From assembly GCA_937127445.1 (NCBI GenBank), contig CAKZLY010000030.1:10023-74022 (forward strand): a stretch of DNA of 64,000 nt, in the 5' to 3' direction. The notes under the pieces are model-generated. The model was not told where the DNA came from, searched no databases, and worked only from the letters and a program-made list of their open reading frames with translations. The stretch is from an uncultured Ignavibacteria bacterium. GTDB taxonomy: Bacteria > Bacteroidota > Ignavibacteria > Kapaibacteriales > UBA2268. Shown piece by piece: positions 20,047 to 28,600 of the stretch. The position numbers and the translations under genes were made by a program. Position 1 is the stretch's first letter; the number at the start of each line of letters is the position of its first letter.

Positions 20047-21024
20047 TTATATTTCCCAGGTTCCTTTATCAGGGAAATAAATTTGCATTTTTGTATCACC
20101 GGCTTTAATGGAAACAGTGCGAGAAATAGTATCGCCGGTATCTTCACTCAAAATTTTTATGCCGCGTTTCAATAAACCGGCTTTCACGGCAACAGTATTG
20201 CGTTGACCAATACTGAAATATTCACCGAGTTCAATTTTGGTTTTTGCTCCACCAGCGATTTTAGCAAAGATTTTTTCCTTAGGGCAGCCTAATTCATTCA
20301 TTTTTTGCAACAGAGCGTCAACAGCAGTATCAGCGAAATATCCGGGAAGTTTTTCAGCTTTTTCTTTGTCCGTGTTAGATTGTGGGAGGGCAACGTGAGC
20401 AAGTCCAACTGTATTTTTAGATGGGCAGAATAAACCCAGACCTATGCAGGAACCAAGCGCGAAAATTTTCAAAACCTTATTCGGGTCGCTGGAAACATCC
20501 ATAGCCCCCATACCAAGAATAATCTGGTTTGTTTTGGCAGTTCTATCGAGATGGTTGCTGGGCAGTTTGAAATCTTTTTTAACTTTTTTGAGATGGCTTA
20601 CATCTTGAGTATATGCAAGTTTAATTTTATATATTAACTGCGAGAAAAGTTCAGGCAATGCACGAGCACCTGCACCCGGCTTAGGCTGGAAATCGACAGC
20701 ACCAGCTTCGAAAGCTTCCTTGGTAATTTGCGAATCTTTTTCGGTTAAAGCACTGAGAACTATTGTTGGGATAGGATCGACTGGCATCAGGTTATGCAGG
20801 AACTGGATGCCATTCATACGAGGCATTTCCATATCAAGGATGATTACATCAGGCTTTAATCTATTGACTTGATTAAGAGCAATATAGCCGTCAGTAGCAG
20901 TGCCAACCACTTCAATCATAGGATCTTTTGCTAAACCCTTTGCTAGAATATCAAGCACCAGAGCTTGATCATCAACGATTAAAACTTTAATTTTTTGATT
21001 GCTAACATTATTATTCGCTTGCAT
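20047..21024 (-). CDS. Fusion of a CheB-type receiver domain and a CheD-like glutamine deamidase domain
   Basis: aa 11-137 REC (VLIVDD, D64 in ILDMEMP, S91, K115 in QPKP). aa ~167-325 CheD (LGSC193, AH210VALP, PGYFADTA, AKIAGGA, IGQRN, EDTG..SRTV). Confidence 0.9.
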   Translation of the reverse strand: MQANNNVSNQKIKVLIVDDQALVLDILAKGLAKDPMIEVVGTATDGYIALNQVNRLKPDVIILDMEMPRMNGIQFLHNLMPVDPIPTIVLSALTEKDSQITKEAFEAGAVDFQPKPGAGARALPELFSQLIYKIKLAYTQDVSHLKKVKKDFKLPSNHLDRTAKTNQIILGMGAMDVSSDPNKVLKIFALGSCIGLGLFCPSKNTVGLAHVALPQSNTDKEKAEKLPGYFADTAVDALLQKMNELGCPKEKIFAKIAGGAKTKIELGEYFSIGQRNTVAVKAGLLKRGIKILSEDTGDTISRTVSIKAGDTKMQIYFPDKGTWEI

Positions 21025-21081
21025 ATAATTTTCTCAAAAAAGTATATATATATTTGTTAACTACAAATTAATAATAATACA

Positions 21082-24000
21082 TTATTTTTTATCAACTAAA
21101 TCATTAATACTTGAAACAAGTGTATCGAAATTTACAGGTTTGCTAATATAATCATTAGCACCGGCAGCAAAGCATCTATCACGATCACCAGGCATTGCGA
21201 GAGCAGTAAGCGCAATAATAGGGATATGAGAAGTATTGTTGTCACTTTTCAAAATGCGAATAGCTTCGATCCCATCCATTTTTGGCATCTGAATATCCAT
21301 CAAAATAATATCGGGCTTGTATTCGACAGCAGACTCGATTGCTTCTTTACCATTACGGGCAACAAGTACAGAATAACCAGCATATTCTAAAAATGCTTCC
21401 ATAGTTTCAAGGTTAGCTTCATTATCCTCAGCTAAGAGGATTAGTATTTTGTCTTTTGTCATATCATTTATCTCCGAATCAACAAGTAATTTTGCCTTTT
21501 GTTTTTCAAGCTTTAAATCAACTTTATTTAAAGTTTCATATAAGGTAATAAGTTTATATGGCTTTTGCACATAGCCATCGGCACCATTGGCAATTGCGCG
21601 TGTTTTTTCTTTTAATATTGAAACGATTACAACTGGAATATATTTGTGGTCTTCGTGTAATTTTATATGTTTTAAATAATCCCAACCAGATTTGTCCCAA
21701 AGCAGCACATCAAGAATAACTATATCATATTTTTTTTGATAAAGCATATCTTCAATTTTTTGCTCAAAATCATAAAAATCGGACGCGATGCTAAACCGTT
21801 CGAGATCTTGTCTAATTAGTTCGGCATCTTCTTTTGAACTACAAATAATCAAAGCAGTTTTTATATTGGAAAATTGTTTATTAAGCAACTCATCATAGTA
21901 AGCATCATAAGCTTTTTGGCTTTTAATTGGGAGTGTGATAATAAATTTGCTGCCAAAGCCGAATTGGCTTTCAACCGCGACACTACCACCCATCATTTCG
22001 GTTAATTTAGCAACTAACGCAAGCCCTAATCCTGTACCTTCGTATTCACGCGAAAGATTGCTGCTAATTTGAGAAAAGGGTTTGAACAATTTGTTCATAT
22101 CTTCTGTGCGGATACCGATGCCTGTATCCCAAACAGTGAAACGGATAAGATTATTATCAAGTTCTGCTGAGATAGATAAGCCAACAGAACCACCTTTTTG
22201 AGTAAATTTTACAGCATTGTTAAGTAGGTTAATCAAAATTTGCTTTGTACGGATTTGGTCAGCATAAATTTCCTTTGGGGTTCCGTCTTGAATATCGAGC
22301 TGTATTGTAATTTCCTTTTTATTAGCCATCTGTCTGATGAAATTAATTGAAGATTGAGCAATCTGTTCGACAGAGCAATCTTCCATATAAATTTCAAATT
22401 TTCCTGCTTCAATTTTAGAAATGTCTAAAATATCGTTAATTAAATTAAGAAGATGATGACCACTATCGTGAATAGTAGTTAAAGCACGCTGAAAACGGTC
22501 ATTTGATTGTATTTCCTGATGTTTGAGAAGAATTTCCGAGAGCCCAAGAATAGCATTAAGAGGTGTCCGAAGTTCGTGGCTCATATTTGCCAGGAATTCA
22601 TCTTTAGTTCGAATGGCGCGTTCGAGTTCGGCATTGAGGGCGCTAAGTTCTTCGGTACGTTCCATCACACGTTCAGCAAGCAAACGGCGTTCGAGGTTTA
22701 GGGCTTCTTCGATTTTTTTCCTGTAAATAACCATTGCTGTCTGAGTTGAGACAAAAACAAGAATATCTTTTGTAAGCTCATCGAACATAATATCTTGATG
22801 GTAGCTTTTAACAGCAATTACCCCAATTGTCTGGTTTCCAATTGTTTTCAAAGGAACACCCAGCCAATATTTAGGAATTAATCCCTGGATTTCAATTGTT
22901 CCATCCGAAGCTAATTCTAATAATTTTTTTTCATCGAGAAGCTGAAAATGCCCTGTTTTGATAACATATTCGACTAACCCATTTGCGAATGGGTAAGGTC
23001 CGCTGAAAGATGGCTTTGGTGAATCAATTTCATCAACATAATAAGGGAATTGGATTTCGTCGCGTTCGAGGTCATAAATTGCAATAAAGAAATTACGAGC
23101 AAAAATGAGTTGAGAAATAGAATGATGAATAAATTTATAAAGGTCATGGAAATTATCAATATTATAAGCAGCTTCAGAGATGCTATAAACAGATTGTTGT
23201 AATTTCTCTGATAATTTACGATGAGTAATGTCTTCGGTAGTACCCTCGATATATAAGACATTTCCGTTTGCGTCTCTTACTACTCTTGATTTTTCCAGAA
23301 CATTAAGAGCTGAACCATCTTTTTTTATCCAAGTACTTTCGAAAACCTGAATTTCGTCGCTTGAAAGTATAGAATTCAGAAAAGATTGTCGTTCAGATGA
23401 ATTAATAAAACCTTCAAAATTTAAATTTCTTTCCTTCAGCTCATTGATTGAGTCAAACCCAAGCATTTTAACAAGTGTAGGATTAGCAAGAATAATTCTA
23501 CCGTCAAGAGTGGAACGGTATATTCCGACAGGAACATTATTAAACAAGTTACGATAAATTTCACGGCTGCGTTTCAGTTCTTCTTCGATACGAATTCTTT
23601 CTTGAATCTCCATTTGGAGTTTCATTGTTCGTTTTTCGATTATTGCTTCAAGTTCCTGGTTGATGCGTTTGATATCGTCTTCCAATTTTTTGAATTCGGT
23701 AATATCTCGAGCAATACTAATTAGCCCAATAGGATTTCCGTCTGGATCGAAAAATGGAGTTTTAATATTATCAAAAGTATGTAAAGTATTATCAGAAAAT
23801 CGCAACAACTGTTCGGAACGCACAGTGGTTTTAGTTTCAAAAACGGTTTTATCGAAATCTGTGAAGGCGTCGGCTTCTTCTTTTGAGAAAAGCTCGTAAT
23901 CGGTTTTACCAATTATCGCTTCTTTGGGAAGGTTCAAAAAATTTGAATAAGCTTCGTTACAATTAATGTAATTGCCAGAACTATCTTTAACCACTATAAA

Positions 24001-25401
24001 ATCTGGTACATTATCAATTAATTTGGAAAGCAATTCCGATTGTTTTTTAATCTCCAGAGTGCGTTCTAAAACTATTTGCTCTAATTCTAAATTTGTTTTG
24101 GACAAGATTTTTTCTGCTTCTTTGAATTGAGTGATGTCATTAATAAAAATACAAGCACCTGAAATTTCTTCGCCAATTTTAACAGGATAAAGTGAGATTT
24201 CGTAATATATACAGGTAGTTTTTATTAAAACTTCATATACAAAATTTGATGAACCACCTTGATAAACACGTTCGAACCTATCAAGAATAGCGGGGACATT
24301 ACTAAATAGTGTTTGCAAATCACTTTTATCATCAACATCATTGCCAGAAATAAATTTAACAGCATCAATAAAGACTTGATTGTACTTAGTAATTTTTTCA
24401 TTTACATCGAAGAGAGCAACACCAATGTGAGAATAATTAATTGCGGTTGAGAGATTTGCTTCAATTAATTTTTGTTGTTCTTCGGCAATTTTTTTATAAG
24501 TAATGTCCCTTAGTGTAACAAAAATTAGATTATATCCATCTTTCTGAACCGGTTTGAGATATACTTCTGTATAAATCAATTGGTTGTCAGTATTAAGATG
24601 CACCCATTCAAAAACATTAATACCTTGAGAATAAGCAATATCTATCATTAGTTTAGCTTTTTCAACTGAGCTAATTCCGTCGGGCTGATAAGGTGGGGAA
24701 AAATCATAAGGATGCTTACCAATAATCTCGTTTTTGCTTTGCAGTCCAAAAATTTTCAATGCTTGCTGGTTGCAATCGGTGTAAGTATCTCCGTTGAGAA
24801 AATAAAAGGCATCAGCAGATTGTTCAAAGAAAAAAGAATAGAGTTTTTGCTGTTCTTCAATAATCTTTTGGTTTTGTTCGACTTCGGTTATATCAATAAA
24901 AGCTGCATAAAACTCGGTTTGTTTTTCTCTGATAATTGCTTTAACCACACCTGACAAGCTAACAACAGAGCTATTTGCAGCGTTAATTCTTATGTAGCAG
25001 GGTATAATTTCATTAAAATCTATTGCTTCGTTGCAAGAATTAAAGAAGGTGTCGATATAATCTGATAGTACAAAAGAAGTGATATGCTTACCAATAATCT
25101 CGTGTGTAGGTAATCCCAGAACAGTGGAAGTGCTTTGATTAGCAGAAATAATTTTTCCTTCGGCATCAATATTAAAAAAAAGAACAGGAGAACTATCATA
25201 AAGGAATTTGTACCAATTACGAGAAACATCAAGTTCGTGCTTAATTAAATTTAACTCGTTATTTTTTATTGAAATATCGATGAGATAGTTTTTAATTTTA
25301 TCAAAGTCCGGCTCAATTTCTCTTGCGATTTCTTTGCATTCAGGACAAGAAGCATTGAGCATTCTCTTCAAAATATTTTCAAGAGTAATAAAAACATCCA
25401 T
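21082..25401 (-). CDS. Cytoplasmic hybrid sensor histidine kinase: about 5 PAS, GAF, HisKA, HATPase_c, 2 receiver domains
   Basis: Repeated PAS/PAC ends (DIT..K); GAF (NFFIAIYD...WLGVPL...IGVIAV); FLANMSHELRTPLN; QILINLLNNAVKFT; DTGIGI; EGTGLGL; two REC domains; no TM helix evident. Confidence 0.93.
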   Translation of the reverse strand: MDVFITLENILKRMLNASCPECKEIAREIEPDFDKIKNYLIDISIKNNELNLIKHELDVSRNWYKFLYDSSPVLFFNIDAEGKIISANQSTSTVLGLPTHEIIGKHITSFVLSDYIDTFFNSCNEAIDFNEIIPCYIRINAANSSVVSLSGVVKAIIREKQTEFYAAFIDITEVEQNQKIIEEQQKLYSFFFEQSADAFYFLNGDTYTDCNQQALKIFGLQSKNEIIGKHPYDFSPPYQPDGISSVEKAKLMIDIAYSQGINVFEWVHLNTDNQLIYTEVYLKPVQKDGYNLIFVTLRDITYKKIAEEQQKLIEANLSTAINYSHIGVALFDVNEKITKYNQVFIDAVKFISGNDVDDKSDLQTLFSNVPAILDRFERVYQGGSSNFVYEVLIKTTCIYYEISLYPVKIGEEISGACIFINDITQFKEAEKILSKTNLELEQIVLERTLEIKKQSELLSKLIDNVPDFIVVKDSSGNYINCNEAYSNFLNLPKEAIIGKTDYELFSKEEADAFTDFDKTVFETKTTVRSEQLLRFSDNTLHTFDNIKTPFFDPDGNPIGLISIARDITEFKKLEDDIKRINQELEAIIEKRTMKLQMEIQERIRIEEELKRSREIYRNLFNNVPVGIYRSTLDGRIILANPTLVKMLGFDSINELKERNLNFEGFINSSERQSFLNSILSSDEIQVFESTWIKKDGSALNVLEKSRVVRDANGNVLYIEGTTEDITHRKLSEKLQQSVYSISEAAYNIDNFHDLYKFIHHSISQLIFARNFFIAIYDLERDEIQFPYYVDEIDSPKPSFSGPYPFANGLVEYVIKTGHFQLLDEKKLLELASDGTIEIQGLIPKYWLGVPLKTIGNQTIGVIAVKSYHQDIMFDELTKDILVFVSTQTAMVIYRKKIEEALNLERRLLAERVMERTEELSALNAELERAIRTKDEFLANMSHELRTPLNAILGLSEILLKHQEIQSNDRFQRALTTIHDSGHHLLNLINDILDISKIEAGKFEIYMEDCSVEQIAQSSINFIRQMANKKEITIQLDIQDGTPKEIYADQIRTKQILINLLNNAVKFTQKGGSVGLSISAELDNNLIRFTVWDTGIGIRTEDMNKLFKPFSQISSNLSREYEGTGLGLALVAKLTEMMGGSVAVESQFGFGSKFIITLPIKSQKAYDAYYDELLNKQFSNIKTALIICSSKEDAELIRQDLERFSIASDFYDFEQKIEDMLYQKKYDIVILDVLLWDKSGWDYLKHIKLHEDHKYIPVVIVSILKEKTRAIANGADGYVQKPYKLITLYETLNKVDLKLEKQKAKLLVDSEINDMTKDKILILLAEDNEANLETMEAFLEYAGYSVLVARNGKEAIESAVEYKPDIILMDIQMPKMDGIEAIRILKSDNNTSHIPIIALTALAMPGDRDRCFAAGANDYISKPVNFDTLVSSINDLVDKK

Positions 25402-25489
25402 AATAATTAAAAAATTAATAATGAATTGCTATAAATTTATACAAAAAAACTATAAATACAATAAGTAAAAATACTCAAATAAAATTTTC

Positions 25490-25520
25490 AAAAAAAGGCT
25501 GCCTTTGCAAGACAGCCTTT
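25490..25520 (-). terminator. Rho-independent terminator of the TPR gene (GGCTGCC hairpin family)
   Basis: Minus strand AAAGGCTGTC-ttgcaaa-GGCAGCCTTTTTTT, 17 nt after the stop. Confidence 0.8.
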
Positions 25521-25537
25521 GAATAATGGCTAAAAAA

Positions 25538-27241
25538 TCATTCGCATCCGAGAGCTTTAATGTTGTCGCGAGCAGTTTTATTATTTGGATTAATTTTAAG
25601 AACGAGTTTATAATTTTTGCAAGCAGCTTCATTTTGGCCCTGGCCATGATAAGCAACAGCAGTAAACAAAGCAGCGAATTCATTATCGGGCATAGCAGAA
25701 AGCCAATCGCGACCAATTTTTTCGAGGTCTTTATATTTTTTCTGTTCGAGTTTCATTTGAGCAAGCTTTGCGAAAGCTTGATTAAGTTCGGACTTGTATT
25801 TTTCTACGTCAGAGGTACCAGTAGAAATAGCACGGGCAAACATTTCTTCTGCTTTTATGTTATCATTCAAGTTTGCGTAAACGTCGCCCAAATAAATCAT
25901 AGACCAAAGGAAGGTAGAGTTAAGTTCGATTGCTTTTTGCAGCGGTGCAATTGCTTGCTGAGAATTACCATCGAAGAAGTAGCTTAATCCGATAAAGTAA
26001 TGGATAAGATAGTTGTTTTCGTCGTTACACTCATTGGTTGCTAATCTTTTATTTAAAATTTCGATAGATTCCTTATAGCGTTTCATCTTATTGAGTGAAG
26101 TACCGAGAACATACATAAGTTGACAATTCTCAGCAGAGTTCATTTCAATAGATTGTTTCCATTTTTCAACAGCAATATTAGTATCTCCGGCAAACAAAGC
26201 AGCTTGTCCCCATCGGCGAATATCTTCCATTTGAAGCGTTTCGGTAGCGCTTAATTCTTCAAAAGTTTTTTTTGATTGTAAATAATCACCTTCGGAAAGG
26301 TAGCATCTTGCAAGAAGCAATTTAGCGCGAGCGGCGGCTGTATCAATTTCAGTAGCAACGATACGAAGATGTGAACGAGCAGAATCGCATCGCCCGAGTT
26401 CGTATAAAGATTGCGCAAGATACCAGCGACCAAGCGAGCCACTGGGACGCAGCTGAATATAGTTGTTAAGTGATTGGGCAGCTTGGACATAATTCTTAGA
26501 GAAGAAGAAGAGTTTGCCTTGTTCGAACCAAGCACGAGCATTTTTAGGATCTTTTTGAGTAAGAGTGTTCCATTCTTGCAAGGAACGAGTAAAATAGAGA
26601 TTAGCTAAATCAGGATTAACTTCGTTTTCGCGGATACCGAGCCAATAATAAGATTGAGCAAGTTTCATTCTTGCTTCGTTCAAATCGGGATTGATTGAAA
26701 GAGCAGCTTCGTAGCTATCTTTTGAGAGCTCATATACTCTTTGTTGGTAATAAATATCGCCACGTTTAATATTGGCATCAACATTATTTTTATCCATATC
26801 TAAAACACGAGCAACAGCCAGTTCAGCCTGGCTTAAAGAATCTGCTCTCAAATAAACATCAACAAGCAACAGCCAGTTGCTGATTTCTTTTTTTTCGTCG
26901 AGTGCGAGTTTTCTTAAAATTCTGACAGCTTCTGAATGATAAGAATTTATTGAAAGAGTATTGGCTAATTTTCTAAGAACGAAAGGCTTGCTTGAAATTT
27001 TTTCAGCTTGGCGTATAACTTCAAGAGCTTTATCGTTTCGACCGAGTTCGAGATAAACATCATTACAAAGCAGATGCAAATCTAAATCCTTGGGGTTTTC
27101 GGCAAGAGCAGCTGGGATGAAACTTTCGGCTAATTCATAATTTTTCTCATTCAAAGCTGACAAGAAATTTTGCTTGGCTTGTTGAGCAAAAGAAACTGAA
27201 AAGCTGAACAAAAGCAGCACAAAAAATAATTTGAATTTCAT
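25538..27241 (-). CDS. Secreted tetratricopeptide repeat protein
   Basis: Signal peptide (SFAQ); many TPR units (YEAALSINPDLNEA, AWFEQG, LQKAIELNS, VLKINPNN). Confidence 0.9.
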   Translation of the reverse strand: MKFKLFFVLLLFSFSVSFAQQAKQNFLSALNEKNYELAESFIPAALAENPKDLDLHLLCNDVYLELGRNDKALEVIRQAEKISSKPFVLRKLANTLSINSYHSEAVRILRKLALDEKKEISNWLLLVDVYLRADSLSQAELAVARVLDMDKNNVDANIKRGDIYYQQRVYELSKDSYEAALSINPDLNEARMKLAQSYYWLGIRENEVNPDLANLYFTRSLQEWNTLTQKDPKNARAWFEQGKLFFFSKNYVQAAQSLNNYIQLRPSGSLGRWYLAQSLYELGRCDSARSHLRIVATEIDTAAARAKLLLARCYLSEGDYLQSKKTFEELSATETLQMEDIRRWGQAALFAGDTNIAVEKWKQSIEMNSAENCQLMYVLGTSLNKMKRYKESIEILNKRLATNECNDENNYLIHYFIGLSYFFDGNSQQAIAPLQKAIELNSTFLWSMIYLGDVYANLNDNIKAEEMFARAISTGTSDVEKYKSELNQAFAKLAQMKLEQKKYKDLEKIGRDWLSAMPDNEFAALFTAVAYHGQGQNEAACKNYKLVLKINPNNKTARDNIKALGCE

Positions 27242-27242
27242 A

Positions 27243-28163
27243 TTAATCCTCTTTTATTAAATTAAATCTTGCATATTTCGGAACTATTCCTGCATCTTTC
27301 AGATATTTTGTTGATGACGCCTCACGAGAAAGATGCATAGCGAACCAGAAAGGCAAATCTTTGAAATTATTTAAGAAAAGTGCTTTGTATGTAACGATAT
27401 ATGGATATAATCCTTGCACAATGTATGCTTGATGAACAGGTTTTGGGGTGATGTATTTACCGGTTGTATCGGTATATCCGATAGGGATTGGCTTAAAGTC
27501 TAAATTTCTATGAATGTGTGATAAATAAGCAATTCCAATTGCATTAGAGTTAGTATTGACAAAGTTAAGTAAGGAATCAACAGTTGAAAACAGTTGTAAG
27601 CGTCTTTGAATAGGTTTGTTACGCACAACAAATTTATTAATATTTGCGAAAACTGATGAATTTTGTTCTAATGTTGCAATAATTGGCTCATCTTTTAGAA
27701 ATGGGAAATATGATTTAAGCGTTTTGCTTCTATCAGTAAGGACATTGAAAATTTGTTCAGAATTAAGGGTATCCAGAGAAGAATTGATTTTAGTAAAGAA
27801 GCATAGAGCATCGTCGGCAATTTCTTCGTAATTATGTTTAGCTACTTTGTAAACGTTCATTAGAGAATCTTCGTCGCGAAGATAGTCTCTTGCGATGATG
27901 ATAATGCGAGCTTCGCCTGCGAGAAGTTTTGCCATTGCTTCGCGAGCTGAAACGGAATTAACAGTAAGATTGACATCTGGATATCCTTTACGGTATGAAG
28001 AAAATAGAGTGTCAAACAATTGGGTTAAAGTATTATCGCAGTAAGCAGTAAGTTCGCCACTTGTCATAGACTCGCGTTGAGTTGCCTGTTTATCGGATTT
28101 TTCATTACAGGAGACAAGGAAGAAAAGCAACAGTACTGCTGCAATCATAGCATTATTTTTCAT
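27243..28163 (-). CDS. PstS-like (PBP2 fold) substrate-binding lipoprotein
   Basis: Lipobox LVSC; SGELTAYCD; YPDVNLTV; IADDAL; NAIGIAY; GLYP. ATG 28163 preferred. Confidence 0.75.
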   Translation of the reverse strand: MKNNAMIAAVLLLFFLVSCNEKSDKQATQRESMTSGELTAYCDNTLTQLFDTLFSSYRKGYPDVNLTVNSVSAREAMAKLLAGEARIIIIARDYLRDEDSLMNVYKVAKHNYEEIADDALCFFTKINSSLDTLNSEQIFNVLTDRSKTLKSYFPFLKDEPIIATLEQNSSVFANINKFVVRNKPIQRRLQLFSTVDSLLNFVNTNSNAIGIAYLSHIHRNLDFKPIPIGYTDTTGKYITPKPVHQAYIVQGLYPYIVTYKALFLNNFKDLPFWFAMHLSREASSTKYLKDAGIVPKYARFNLIKED

Positions 28164-28383
28164 TCTCATTGTCGTCCTCATTAATATTGAAATTATATCT
28201 TTCAAGTTGTGTCCTATACATTATTAAACGATAGATACCAAAAAGAGTTACTACAATTCCCATTACGATTATCAAGGTACTGTCGTGAAGTTCGTTTTTG
28301 AATAAAATACCATAAATTATAAAGGCAATACCCAATATTATCATTAAAATTCGAACGCTATAATTTACAAATTTTGAGAACAT
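28153..28383 (-). CDS. Small two-TM membrane protein
   Basis: 76 aa, two hydrophobic helices ending FGIYRL; overlaps the start of the PstS-like gene. Confidence 0.7.
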   Translation of the reverse strand: MFSKFVNYSVRILMIILGIAFIIYGILFKNELHDSTLIIVMGIVVTLFGIYRLIMYRTQLERYNFNINEDDNENEK

Positions 28384-28600
28384 AGAATACCCGCAAATTT
28401 ATAACTTACAAATTTATCAAATTTTTATTAATAATAAATTAAGTAGAGTGAAAAAATTATAATGTATCAATAAATGAACAAAAATTAAATCATTTTTCAT
28501 AATTGGGGGACCGATTGAAATTATTATGAATTAAATATATTTATTTATTATTGCTTTTTTTATAAATTTGTAAAATTATCTAATTATAATGCAGTGCAGT

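Noticed and set aside
20047..21024. Annotating this gene as ordinary cheB
   Set aside because: Methylesterase motifs are absent and the C-terminal half carries CheD motifs instead.
21043..21053. (TA)n tract between the hybrid kinase and REC-CheD as a phase-variation switch
   Set aside because: Only 11 nt in a very AT-rich spacer; too short to support without read-level length variation.
25526..25987. Longer antisense or alternate-frame ORFs (e.g. 25526-25987+, 5842-6363+, 6737-7309-, 33255-33782-, 49944-50345+)
   Set aside because: They lie entirely within well-supported genes, have no recognisable motifs and look like shadow ORFs.
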